A DNA stretch of 64,000 nt, taken from positions 1,336,627 to 1,400,626 of the forward strand of contig MU004230.1 of assembly GCA_010405405.1 (NCBI GenBank). The letters run 5' to 3'. This document shows, piece by piece, positions 12,554 to 25,532 of this stretch (position 1 is its first letter; every line of letters begins with the position of its first letter). Under the pieces are notes generated by a model that saw only the letters and a list, made by a program, of their open reading frames with translations, was not told the origin of the DNA and did not search any database. Origin of the DNA: Microthyrium microscopicum. Lineage: Eukaryota. The position numbers and the translations under genes are program-made.

Positions 12554-13962
12554 ATGGTAGACACTCATTTCGCCAGGTAAGTGTCCAAGCCGCGTTATCA
12601 CGAGTTCCCACTGATATATTATCAGGATTATCACATCCGGCGCTTTCACCTTCGTGGTCGGCAAGAACAAACGACCTATATCATTCCATCCGCTTGCTTT
12701 TTCGAGGCATTCTCCAGTAATGGCCGCAATGATCGATGACAACGTGAGCCAAGAGAACTATTTCGCAAATATTCAAGACATAGAGGAAGACGATTTCTTC
12801 CGCTTTTGCCAGTGGGCTTACACTGGCAACTATACGGCACCGAAATCAGAACCGATCGGCACGCTTTCCAACCATTTCGTCCGTGGCGGTGCCAATGCTT
12901 CCGTCAACGACAAGAAATCCCAGGGCCCAAAGATGTATGCCTGCAAATTCCCACGTTGCACATATTCCAGCAAGCGCGAGTCCAACAGCAAGGTGAGCTT
13001 CCCCATGTCTAATCACATTTCTTCACGACATCGGATGATACAAAAAACCGTTGCCGTTCTCGTGATACTCAATGGGTACCATAAGACTCGTCCCTAATCC
13101 AATGCTATGGATGTCAACGAATGCGATGGATGTTTTACAATATCTCCTTCAAAAGACCGTCTGGTCTTCAAAGCGTGTTTGCTCTGTTCGTGATCGTATA
13201 CTGACTAAATGCAGCAACACATGGAAAAGGTACACAACTGGACCGCCGATGAAATCAATCCACCAAAAGTTCCTGGTCGCTACTTGTCGTCATTCTTCGA
13301 AGCTAGAGGCGAGCCTGGCAAGCATGCAAAGAGACTTTGGTCCAAAGCCTGCCGAGACAACCGAGACGCCCCGGCCAAGCGCACCACAATCATTGTTGAG
13401 GATGATGGTTAGAATCCTCCTCACAAGATCGACGCCGAAACAGGTGAGACCGTAGGCGACAGCGAGAACGAAGACATTGAGAAAGAAGTTCCTCACGAAA
13501 GGCCCATTTCTCCACAGCCTGAGACAGAGCCTCTATTCGATGAAGATGAGCCTATCGATCTCGATAGCGCCAAAAATGACTTCACGGCGGTATTTCTTTG
13601 TCATGCGCGCCTGTTCCGATTTGCAAAGAAGTACCAGATCAAGTCATTTCAGAAAACGATTCTAAACAAAACACGCGAAGCTTTACGTGTCGTCGAACTT
13701 AACCCGCAACGTAACAAGGACTTCAATGCCCTTCTCACTGCCGTGTTTTCACGGGAGTACGCGAGGAAGATTGAACTTGGTAAGTCTATGGGTCTGCTAT
13801 CTCTTGTGATCCATCAAGTGTGTCTGATCATCATGGAGTGTCTGGTACTCAGTGTCGATCACAGCATCAGATAGCAGTTCTTGCAGTCCGTCGCATTGTC
13901 ACCAGGATTTACTAACAGAAGTAGACGACCTGAGAACCATGCTCTTGCTTTCGAATCTCTGA
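12554..13962 (+). pseudogene. Fungal BTB/POZ-type protein with an inserted ACE1-like C2H2 finger; in-frame TAG at 13410-13412 (probable pseudogene)
   Basis: Exons 12554-12576, 12626-12992, 13215-13779 and 13925-13962. BTB hallmarks FTFVVG..FH....SP, DDFFRFCQWAYTGNY and VFLCHARLFRFAKKYQI; the frame continues through the TAG. Confidence 0.6.
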
Positions 13963-14192
13963 ATTGTTTGCCTGGTCAGCTTAGACAATATGTGTGGTGA
14001 AAGACTCGGTGTTCCGTTGTCATTGAAGTAGAGTGGTATTTTTCATTCTTATGGCCGTGTCCGAGAGAAGCATATACAATGGTCATTGCCAATTAGAATC
14101 CTTGCTGCTTGTTGAATATCATATCGCTAACCTTACGTCTTGATATACCTGAATAGCAGCCTTATGACTTCGTTACACGGCTGGGAAGTCTC

Positions 14193-15263
14193 CTACCGGT
14201 TGACAAGGACATATCTATACCGCGCTTTCCCATCGTCCTGTTCCACAATAACCTTGTTCGCCTCTTCCATTAGTCTAGTCGTGGTCCAGCCTTTGATCTT
14301 GTTCTTCGCTGCAAACTCCAACATCTCGTTGATTTCCCAAGGCGGTCCAATGCAACTTCCACCCAGTTTCGCTCCTTTATTCATGAGATGAAAAGCACTG
14401 AATCTTGGAAGCTCATCCTCTGGCGAGCCTATCTGTATAAACTGTCCGTGTGGTGCTAGCAGCGAGAGATAACCAGACAGTGGAAGATCATGCGAAGAAA
14501 CCGTCGACACAATCAAATCAAGCGTCCGCGCATAGGTCGTTTCCCAATCCTTCTCTTCCCCCGTCGCAATGAATCCTGTAGCACCCATCTTCTCCGCGTC
14601 CGCTTTCTTCGTTGACGACCGCGAGATAGCCACAATCTTCTTCGCACCCATCGCCTTTGCCCACAACAGCCCAAAGTGCCCAAGACCACCCACACCCACT
14701 ATTCCAACTCTCTTGCCCGGTCCACATCCATTCCTCTTTAACGGTGAGTACACCGTGATGCCAGCGCACAACATCGGCGCTGCATCAACACTATCCAACC
14801 CATCCGGAATCTTAAACGTAAAATTCCCCACCGCACGATGAAAATCCGCATACCCACCATACCCCCTCTCCGTCGTTCCTGGCCACTCCATCCCATACGT
14901 CGTAATCATGCCCGCGCAAAAATTCTCATTCCCATCCGCACATTCAGCACAGTCAGGTTTTCTGCAGCTATCGCCCTGTGCGCCAGCGCCAACTCTATCG
15001 CCGACTTTGACATGCTTAACGTTTGCGCCAACGCGGACTGCCGTGCCGACAATTTCGTGGCCTACAACGCAAGGGTAGAGAGTTGCTCCCCAGCCGGAGC
15101 GCAGCATGTGGACGTCGGTGGCACAGACGCCACAGTGGGTGATTTTGATGTCCACGTCGGAGTCTGTGAAGGGGCGAGGGGTGAAGGATTCCCATTTCAT
15201 GGTGCCGTTGACGCTGGATTTGTCGTGGCCTACCCAGCCGTTGAATTCTTCTGTTGTTGACAT
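14193..15263 (-). CDS. NADP-dependent zinc alcohol dehydrogenase (Adh6/cinnamyl-ADH type, MDR family)
   Basis: CGVCATD, GHE, structural Cys cluster, APMLCAGITVYSPL, GVGGLG, SRS and RYRYVL motifs. Confidence 0.92.
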   Translation of the reverse strand: MSTTEEFNGWVGHDKSSVNGTMKWESFTPRPFTDSDVDIKITHCGVCATDVHMLRSGWGATLYPCVVGHEIVGTAVRVGANVKHVKVGDRVGAGAQGDSCRKPDCAECADGNENFCAGMITTYGMEWPGTTERGYGGYADFHRAVGNFTFKIPDGLDSVDAAPMLCAGITVYSPLKRNGCGPGKRVGIVGVGGLGHFGLLWAKAMGAKKIVAISRSSTKKADAEKMGATGFIATGEEKDWETTYARTLDLIVSTVSSHDLPLSGYLSLLAPHGQFIQIGSPEDELPRFSAFHLMNKGAKLGGSCIGPPWEINEMLEFAAKNKIKGWTTTRLMEEANKVIVEQDDGKARYRYVLVNR

Positions 15264-16130
15264 GGCTGTGAGATTGGCAGTCTTCTTTCTGGGGTTTACA
15301 CAGATTTGTGCGGTGATGGAAGGCGTATGTATTTTCCTGGTAGTATTGATGAAGCCAAATGACTAGCAAATAGTATGAGATGAGAAGCTCAATATAAACT
15401 AATCGGTGACGTTTGATAGAAATATGGAGCTGGATGTACATATCCGAGGATGTGTAAAGCGGCTCTAAAAGTGCGTTCTCAGGATTAAAAATGGTGAAGA
15501 TTTATACTCTTTTCACTTTAAACAGATGCTTTCGGTAGAGATGTTGAAAATAACCACATTTTCTATGCATGTACAAACACAATTGTTATCAAAGTATATA
15601 CATTATGAAAATATAGCATGATTGGTGAGGATGGTAACAATTGTAGAACGATATTAGTCCTTCTTAAAAGGTAAAAAGTGCTAGTCCCAACCAGTTCTAT
15701 TGATTCCGTAGATCTTGAAGCAGAAATGTTGTTGAAACTCACGTTCGGAAATAATCCGAGATGCACTTTGATGGCGTTCTGGCTGTCAGCAACGGCAACA
15801 ACCGCATCCAATCCAGCCATGTAATTCGCGCCACATATAGCCATATTCTTTGACAATCGCACATGCTCTGATGGTCATTGGCTCTTCTAAAGCATGGACT
15901 GAACGGTTGAATCCGAACTCAAACGAAGAATGGGGATGTCAAGAATCCCATTTGAATTCGAGGCGTCCCCTCTTTTCTTCGCCAGCATTTCCACGATACT
16001 TCAAAGAGATGCATGATATGCGCGTACGCTTGAATTTATAGTGCTTACTGTTTTATGCTGGAAACTGTGTTGATGAGATGAGTAGTGGATATCGCCGTCG
16101 TAACGCTTTCGAACATACCTTCTAGTCAGC

Positions 16131-17411
16131 ATGAAGTTCTTATTCAATTACCAGTCCCAAGGCATCGCCTTTGGTGACTGGATTACACTTCTGACGCTAT
16201 GTCTTGCTCCGGTAGTTGCTCATATTCTCGCTGGCACCCCTTCTCCTGGTAAGCGATGCACAATAAACCTTCGGCTACCCCTTAACTAATATATTTGGTC
16301 AGTAATATTTTCAACTCGCCCGCCGCGCTGGATGAATCGCATTGGGCACTACAATCCAACATCGATCATATGGCGATACTTTGTCATATTCGACCGACGA
16401 ATGCGCTGCCGAAACTGGACCGTATCGGATCTCGCTGCGACAAATGCGCACTTTTGGGTAGACAATGCATGGGATGGAAGCGAAGAGATGATGTTACGAA
16501 GCCGCGGATTCTCGAGCCATCTGCCAGATAGATCTTACGTTCACGCGCTCTCTGGATCCGCCATCAAGACAATCATTGTCGCATTACAAGGCGCACAAGC
16601 ACTGTACTCTGTCATCGCTGCCCAATTTACAGCCGAATATCTCGGCAACACAAGTTTAGCGACCGTATTCTTGCCGTTGGCAATTCTCGGTCTTCTGAGA
16701 CTACCCGCAGCGCCATGGATATCCGATGATTGGGTGTACTCAAACGATTGTGCTATGGACATACGGCCTCGAAGCAAAAAACCGGAAGCTGGAAATTTTG
16801 ACGAGAAAGTCCCACTGGAAGAATTGACTGCGTCGCGGAGCTCAACTTTGGACGTCACACCACTTGAAGATGAAGCAATCGCTGGTCGATTCCGTTCATC
16901 CAAAGGACCCATCGGAATACTCACACGCGTCGTCTACCTCACCATCAACTTGGCTCTAGCTGGCTACGCAACATACCAAGCAGCGCCCGTTGCCGATGGC
17001 CAAATGTCAGCCACCCTCTACGCACAGATAATCTTCTTCGCGATCCTATTCATCTCAACATCATTTATATCCGCCTTCTACTTCTTGGGCGGAAAATCAA
17101 AGACGACGATCATTCCCTGCATCGATTCACCGTGGTACAAAGCATATACGGCGCTGATATTCCTAGGCATGATACTACTGATAACACTCGGCGCAATTGA
17201 AACGAGAAAGACCTGGTGTGGAGAATGGACGACATATCCGTTGACAGTGCCGGGTCATCCAGATCAAGTGTTCAATTTTTGCGGACCAGCATTTTTTCTA
17301 AGGACGAGTAATTTGACTGTCAGTGATGCCAACCACAATAGGACTATATCGTTGAGTAATTTTGACGGTGTGCTTAGTGGGAATTGGTCTTTTGTTAATG
17401 GTATTTTGTAG
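16131..17411 (+). CDS. Uncharacterised fungal multi-pass membrane protein
   Basis: ATG 16131; intron 16249-16302 joins in frame to ORF 16332-17411; several hydrophobic helices. Confidence 0.75.
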
Positions 17412-19829
17412 AATATAGAATGCAAAAACACTTGCTGTTGATATCAGTACCACGGAGTTGTGCTTTGATACCGCTGTAGGCTGCACATAATGGACAGGTA
17501 ATCGATCACAAGGGATTGCCCAGTCAGTTCAGCTGGGTGTTAGAGCATTCGTGTCCCGGAGTTGCTGTTATGTATGATTCATAGGCGTAAGATTGAGGGT
17601 ATTTGTAATTTCCCTGTACTTCTAGAACATAATTTCTTCAGCCATGGAAGGCAAGGAATGTTGAAAGCGTTCATGGGGCTTGATGAAGCAAATTACAGGG
17701 CATCATGTCAGATTTGTAGATCCTGTTGTCCTGACTGGGCGAAATCGTGGTGTTTGAAGTTGACTCGAGTCGAGTCTGTAATTGTTTGACATGATATCAA
17801 ACGTCTGAGTTGATATCGTAAATCCGCGATGTTTGCGACCAGCTGTCGTGTTCAGATAAACTTAAAGCAACAGTTCAGTGTTAGGCATCAAGATTGGCGA
17901 TTCTGGGCCAGAAGCAGGATCAAGGATGCTGTATTTTCGATCCACAAAACCAAGAGTGGTGGGATTGAAACGAGATGAGAGGCGAGACGAGGAGAAGGCG
18001 ACGTTGTGTTTTGAAACGCGACTATTCCTAAAAGAATTCAGTGGCTTGAGCTTAAATGCAGTGAGCCAATCACAGCATCAAGCACAGCAGTGTCAGACGC
18101 GGAGCTAGCCGCAAGAACAAACATTTTGCAGGGAAGAAGGCGCAAGACAGGCGACTGCAGGTTGTGCCGCTTGTTGTGCCTTGTCTTCGCTTTTGCGTGC
18201 TGCCCCTGAATAATGAATCTCCCCTTTTCAGCCTTGAGATACTTTTGAGCTTTTTGAAGGGGAGGTTGAGGCTCCACTTACGCGCAGTGCAAAGACCTGC
18301 AAGACCTGCCTGTGGTAACACACACCGTTCCAGTCTATCGCTGTTGTATCATTCTCACTGATGTACTCGTAATACGTATATGTATGCCATCGGCATTTCA
18401 AGCGAGAAAACAAAACTGATCCCAATAACCAGGTCCAAATATTGCAGTCGGAATGGAATAATGGCTCAAACATGGGTCTATCTTCAAGCGTACCGTAATC
18501 CTACTATTTCTGGGGTCAAGTTCAAGATAGTCTGGCAGGAATAGATTTTAGCTGGACTTCGGAGGATGCAGCCAGTAGACGTTAAGCATCCTTTTATGGT
18601 GCATCCACTCTTTGAGCCTTGTGCCAGTGTGATATCCCCTCTCCCCACCTTGCGCTCTTAGCCTCTTAGACTTTTAGACTCTTACCAAGGGTGCAGGTGG
18701 TGTGCCTTGCAAGTTGCTGTACGAACCAAGTAAGTACCTGCATACGCTGCATCGCCCATTTTGTTGTCCTCCCAACGACCTTTGCATTCCACTGACCATC
18801 TTTCTCTCTCCTTCCTCTTCTTATCCAATGCTTTTCTTCTTTTCCCTCATTTAACCACATTCCTTTGCTTGTTTGTTGAAGAGGCCTTGTGCCCTTCGTT
18901 CTTTCTCTCATACATTCGTCACTGCACATTGAATTTGCACCACGACTACCCTGCCCTAGCTGCGCTCTGGGCCCCTTCAAACCACTCTCTTACCACGTGC
19001 TGTTCACCATATACTGTACTTTCGCGGCCTGGCAGTTCGCGTCGCATTCATCCATACCATATTTCACTCATCGACAAATTTTCCTATCGCTGGCACCGGA
19101 GCGTCATCCTTCCTGTTGTGTACCAAGTAAATCGGCAAGGAACTACGCTTGTGCTGGCTCGTACCAAAACCACAGTCTGCAGTATCACCGCACAACCCTC
19201 CTTCCTGTTATAGAAGGAGCAATATCAACTCCCATAATAGCTGGCTAATTTTATGTGCTTGGACAACATATCTGCTCCTGTCAAAGTCTTGTTTTAATCC
19301 ACAACGACTTTGTTCCAACCGTGCTGGTTCATCACACCATCAAAAGTCTGGGAACAATAAACGAGATCGAAACAGTCGACAGTTCCTCTAAAACACTGCC
19401 CCAACTACCGACTGGATAATTTCACTTTTACCCTGGTGTCTTTATCCTTGCCAACTCTATCGGATCTGATATAGGGTTTTCAATATCTCGTGATCCCATC
19501 ATTGGCTGGATACATAATATCGCAAGGCCAGAGCTTGGAAATAAGCACCTATTTCGCCGTTGTTACCTTTAAGAAGGCCTGCAATCACTTTATTCGGTGC
19601 TTGATCAACCCTTCATACCTTGGGGATTGGATCTTTATCTCAGCACGCTATACTTCCTACTGACATTACGTCTATTCTCGGACCTACCAAAAGTCGCTGC
19701 GCGACCTGTGTGCTTCGATTCCTCTTACTCGAGGCTTCTACATTCTAACCCTCCTTTGGTACACTACCTATTTTGCAACCACACAAACTCACTCTTCACC
19801 CACGGTTCACTGTGTGATATTCAGTCACC

Positions 19830-20867
19830 ATGTCTTTATCAAGAGGTCTCACCACCCGCTCGAAGCAGCAAGACCACTCCCAACAATCAACCACCATGCC
19901 GTTTCCAAATCTACTCAAGAAGTCGTCGACAAAGACACCGGAAAGAAAGATCTCAATAGCACATATTTCATCACCCACACTGCTATCAACCACCAACGTA
20001 CAGACACTTAACCACCCAAGCATCAAGGCAGCAAGACAAATACGCAAAGTCCCATCCCTCGCATCAACTTCATCCGCCCATACAGATCTCGACTCAGATG
20101 GCTCCTCCGTATCGCCACGCTCACGTGGAACCTCATTCACCGATCACTCCTCCGTAGGCTCCACGCCATCATCACCCAAGCCTGGTGAAGCGCGCTTCGC
20201 AAGTTACAGCAGCACAAAGTCATCACCACCTCCGCCACGCCGCGCCGCTTCATCGTCGAACATAAAGCAGCGCGCGCTATCATTCGAGCCCTCACCATCC
20301 GTCCCATCACGCGCCCCAGCACACAGCAAAATCGCCCACGAACAACTCGCCCGGAAACGCAGCCTCCAAACCATGAACACGTGGCAAGATCCTGCGCGCT
20401 CCGTACCTGCCGTGCCCGCCATTCCCTCCACACACATTGAAAAGCGTACATCACGGGATCTATTCAACAGCTGGTTCGATAGCCCGCCAATGCCCTCTAG
20501 TACCAACAGCCTCAAGACCAGCAGTGTACAGAGCTCACATAGCGGTTCCCACACCTCTCACAGTGGCTCACATAGTTCACGCAGCACGACCACCAGCACA
20601 TTTAGCACCGGCAGCCAGCATTCGCAGACAACGCACCCATTCGGCAAAGAACTCATGCAACTGGACGAAATCGCAGAAGAATTCGGCGGCGCAGTCCGCG
20701 ATGCAGAGCGGCAAGCAGACGCGCGCGCCATGGCACAGAAAGGGCTAGTCAAGGTCTCAGCAAACGATTATATACGGGATATAGAGCCGTTATTTGAGCG
20801 ATTATTTGTGTGGCGGACGTCAAGGGCGCCGCCGATGAGTCAGTCTATGGGTGCAGGCTGGATATGA
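19830..20867 (+). CDS. Ser/Pro-rich hypothetical protein
   Basis: 345-aa ORF with ISxPTLLSTTN near the N-terminus and a helical C-terminal block HPFGKELMQLDEIAEEFG. Confidence 0.75.
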   Translation: MSLSRGLTTRSKQQDHSQQSTTMPFPNLLKKSSTKTPERKISIAHISSPTLLSTTNVQTLNHPSIKAARQIRKVPSLASTSSAHTDLDSDGSSVSPRSRGTSFTDHSSVGSTPSSPKPGEARFASYSSTKSSPPPPRRAASSSNIKQRALSFEPSPSVPSRAPAHSKIAHEQLARKRSLQTMNTWQDPARSVPAVPAIPSTHIEKRTSRDLFNSWFDSPPMPSSTNSLKTSSVQSSHSGSHTSHSGSHSSRSTTTSTFSTGSQHSQTTHPFGKELMQLDEIAEEFGGAVRDAERQADARAMAQKGLVKVSANDYIRDIEPLFERLFVWRTSRAPPMSQSMGAGWI

Positions 20868-22097
20868 TGATGACGATGAGAGAAGCATATTTCACGATTT
20901 TGATGTGTGTGGACCGATTTAATTGTGGCTTTTTTTTGGTCACGTTTTCTTGATGCAGGCATGAGAGATTTTTGATCTGCCGAATTTTATTGTGGTCCGT
21001 CTAGGTAACCAGTAATGCGAAATACCCGAGAATGAATGTTCAGATACATATTACGGCTGATGATGCCATTTTCTTGGTGATGATAGGGTATTATTTCGTA
21101 TGAATATATTATACTTGATGAGAAACTGATTTGAGACGTTGGTTGTGTGTTTCGTGAACGTCTTCTGTGTCAACTGTTGATAAGCTTTGTTTCGAAACGG
21201 TTTGTCACGGCCATCTGGGAAATGACAGCTATAGGAAGACGATCTTTAGTATAGGGCTGATCGTTACTGCTAGACTATTGTTCCTGTAATTCAGTTTGTG
21301 TTCAGTTCTCACCCATGAAGCGTTATACAAGTTTATGGTTGAAAAACTGGACCTCGGCACATTTCGAGAGCGAGTGATTGGGCTACTAATCAGCCTTTTT
21401 TCAGCCTGATGATGCTAAATCCTTGAATATCTCAACTTCAGCCCCCCAAAGCTTCGTTGTCTGCATTCAAACCGATTTTTTACCTCCACTTCCGGCAATT
21501 TCCCCTCAAAACCTTACCAGAGAAAATGACAAAAAGTTCACCACACATCTGAGGGAAACTCTAAGATGTGTGGTTATGAAAATCAGAAGAACTGATTTTA
21601 CTGCAAGCGGGGTTCGAACTGGGCCTGTTCAGAACACACTTTCGCTAGACTTGGGTTGGACTACTCCCTTATTTACGCATCGGGTTAGCTCTATCAGCTT
21701 CTTTCGAGATTCGAAGGGATAGTAAACACCGATTTTTGCGACCAGTATCCTTAAAAGGATATCAGCAAACTGCCGAGTATTTGTAAATAACCCACAGACG
21801 TTTGATCAAAAAATGTGTTTATCTGTATTCTCATAGAGCTCCAAAACAATGAAAAGCAGTTTGTGTCAGCCATGAACATGATAATTGCTTTGAGGTAGAA
21901 AATGAGAAAAATGTTTCCCTTTAACGAGTAGTTGTCGATTTGACTAGAGAATTCGAGTTCACATGTACGAGATAAATGACATGAATCAAAATGATATGAA
22001 TAAGAATGATATGACATGTATATGCAACATGTAGTCTACAAGGCTCCAAACGCCTGCCATTTATGCAATTGATTCTTGATATTCAAATTCCAGAAGG

Positions 22098-24850
22098 CTA
22101 AGCCTTTCTAACAATAACATCGGAAACAACTTTTGGCTTTGGGTCTTCGGTTCGTAGCCATTCCCCATTGAAGGCATTTATCAGCCAATTTTGAAGCTCT
22201 GTGGTATAAATTAGCTCAAGAAATAACGATATGTACGTTATAACTTACTATCATACACAATGCGATTAGCATTGTGGAAGTATATGCCGTGATCAGAGTC
22301 TGGGAATACATGAACATCGTAGTTCTCGACGCCTGCCAGATCCAATTTGTCGATAAGTGTATAGGTGTTTTGGGTGTGAACGTTATCGTCAGCTACGCCA
22401 TGCATGACTAAAAATCGTACGTTCTTCCCAAGTCCATTGACGTCGTGGATGGAGGTGTTATCGTAGCCCGCCGCGTTTTCTTGCGGTGTAAGCATGTAGC
22501 GCTCTGTATATATTGAGTCATAAAATCGCCAATCTGTTACTGGCGCCACTGCCATGCCATACTTGAATGTTTGACCTTGATCGACCTCAAGGGTCTTCAA
22601 GGTCATGAAGCCGCCATAACTCCAGCCCCAGATAGCCATGCGGTCTCCGTCAACGTATTTTTTGGCTTTCCATATTTTGGCGGCAGCAATTTGATCCGCG
22701 GCTTCGTATTGACCTAGGTTTCCGCGAACAATGCAACGGGTCTTACGGCCCATGAAACCAGTTCCTCGACCATCGACTGTTACTACGATGTAGCCGAGGG
22801 AGGCAGCGACGTACGCCTGGAAATCTACAGTAAACTTCTTTGCAACAGTTTGAGATCCTGGGCCTTGGTACATATAGAAGAGAACGGGGTATTTGCGTTT
22901 CTCGGAAAAGTGTGGTGGTCGACGTTCAAGGACATTGAGTTCGTAGCCATCAATGTTGATGGTGGAGTAGACATTAATCGGTAGTTCGTGGGCAGATGCA
23001 AAGCCTTTAAGCAGCGTGTTGTCTTCGATTGTTTGTTCGTATTTGGGACTGTCTGGAGTACTGATGACTTTCTGCCATGGTACACCGGGACCTTCGTAGT
23101 CTAACAAAGCAAATCCGGAGCCAGAAGAGAAGCTCACGTCATGGTAACCCTCAACCTTAGAGTCTGTGACAGGAGACAAGGAGGAGCCATCTAGCTTGAC
23201 GCGATATACATGTCGTTGGATGGCGGACTCTTTCGTTGCCACAAAGTACACCCAGTTGTTCTTAAGATCAATTGATGAAGGTGCATCGACAACCTCCCAT
23301 TTCCCAGAAGTTAACATGATAGGATCGGAACTATCCAGAGGTGTAAAGTAGGCAAGATGGTCGTATCCTTCGTGGATGATGGTATCCACATATCCGGAAT
23401 GCGGTCTTCCGTTCTTTGGATCAGGTGGAATGAATCGAGTCTTCTCAGAGACCTCAAACCACCCACCATCGAGCTTGTTCACATCTTGCTCTCGAACAGT
23501 TCGTCCAGTTCGGCGCTCAGCATCAATCAGGACAACCTTGAGAACATCGCTGACTCGATTGGTTTCTTTTACAAGAACCTTTCCATCAGTGCCAGCCCAA
23601 ACTACCTCGTTGATGAGGCGATTCTTGTCTTCAAAATCTCCGTCTATCTTGACCTCAAAAACATTATTCTTGGTGACATCGTAGAAGAGCAGATTGACGA
23701 TCGGGTTTGGCGCCCCAGCTTTCGGATATTTGATATCGCGAACCTCTGGATAGTTTTCCTCGCCGGGTTGTGGGCTCTTGCCACTTGGTCGGGAAAGAAA
23801 GTATTGAACAGGAAATGTTGGCACCATTGATTCGTTTGTTCTGAGAAATGCGACATATTTCCCGTCCTCAGACCACCATGTCGCGCTGTTTGCACTGAAT
23901 ACTTCTTCTTCATATACCCAGTCGGGCACACCGTAGAAAAGCTCTTTACCACCATCCTTTGTGATTTGCACCACTGATTTTGCGTCATCCAATTTGCGGA
24001 TGAATAGGTTGTTGTCCCGAACAAATACAATCGCATCCCCCTTTGGCGACCAAGAAGCCAGCTGTATACGTTTATCCGGATTATTTGGATCCAGAGCCTC
24101 GCCCTTCTGGCTATTCACATCGAACAACCAGTACAATCCTGTGAATGAATGCCGCCAATTACCCTGCTTGCCACTCATCACCAAAACCGTTCTTAGATTC
24201 GGACTCGGCCACGTCTCCGCGGGATACACACTGGCACTTCCAACTGTAAAGTGCGGGCTAAGCATCAATATGCGCTTTGCGTCGCCCATAACCTGTGCCT
24301 GGCCCTCGCGATTCCGCACATCGTCCACCACCAAATAGCCTCCACGACCTCCGCCTGCCTCAAGCAGTAACCCGTCCTGCCCTTCCGGCCCAGCAATCCA
24401 CCGAATCGCATGTTTCCGCGCACGCCATGCGCCCGTCAACACTTGATCTAGTGTGACTTTACGCCCCGAGCCGACCGTCTGCGTCGCCGCAGGATCGTGT
24501 GGCCTTGTGCTAGCATGCTTGTAGCCACCACTTATAACAAACTGCGCTGCAGCTAATCCCCAGCCTACTAGGCAGAGAAGTGCGATAAGCCATATCACGC
24601 GACGCGCTTTGCGATCTATGGGCACTATGCCGTTGAAGTGTGTACCGGGATGGGCCTCGACATCGTCGTCGTCGTCGAGCGGGTGGCCATGAAGGGGTTT
24701 ATCTGAGTAAGGTTCGTTTGCGGAGTGGCGGGCAGCGAATCCGTTGAGGTTCTCGAGGACTATGGAGCTGGTGGAGTCGGTGTCGAGGGAGGTGCGAGTC
24801 GAGTCTGCGGTAAGCGGTTTCGTCTCTTCGTAGTCGGGTTCGGGTGCCAT
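22098..24850 (-). CDS. dapB: Dipeptidyl aminopeptidase B (S9B, type II membrane protein)
   Basis: Single N-terminal TM helix; DWVYEEE, GWSYGG, DDNVH and DSDH catalytic motifs; intron 22199-22248; ATG 24850. Confidence 0.9.
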
Positions 24851-25532
24851 ACTTGGCGGTTGTTGGGGGGTGGTTATGATGATGTTGCGTTGGTATATTT
24901 TTGTCCCATGGCCTCGGAGGATAAATGTAGGATTTATATAGGTGAAGGGGTGGGATTGCAGGAATATTAGTGGGAGCTTGAAGAGTTGAAGTTGAGATGC
25001 CACATTAGATGCGACGGGAGCCGAGCCTCATGCAGATCAACCCTTGCACTTTTGTGGTTAGATCAAGAACAGCTTAAAGCTATTCCCCAGCCAGCTAGAT
25101 CACTTCGAAACCAATTTGTTTGTCTTGAACAGCTACGAGTAGTGGTTCAAAGAACGATTCTTCGATTTAATCGTGGTAACTATCATTTCATCCGCAAGTG
25201 CTTATACTTGCTGGAGAACCAACATGGTTAACAGTTCTACCATCCAAAGCTTTGTCCTTCAGCAGTTCAGCCTTGTATCCATTATAATGATTCGGGGTAG
25301 TATCTCCCGTGATAATGTGACCATAAACGCAGAGTGCAAAGTGCTTCTACCTCAGTTCCTTGAGTCTCTGGAAAAGCTCTAGAGGGTTATACAGGTTGAA
25401 GTAGCTTCGCTGAAATCATGGAAAGCATCAAGTCTCATTCTGGTGGCAACTTTGCAATAGCCATTCTCTTGAGCAAGGGTATCACATTTCCTCCACTCCA
25501 ACTTTCTGCCTTCTGTCCGTTGTCGAGGCGTT

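Noticed and set aside
17562..19700. Short ORFs upstream of the gene at 19830
   Set aside because: No motifs or coherent exon structure; likely promoter/UTR.
21600..21630. tRNA/SINE B-box (GGTTCGAAC)
   Set aside because: No T-stem pairing, A-box or cloverleaf around it.
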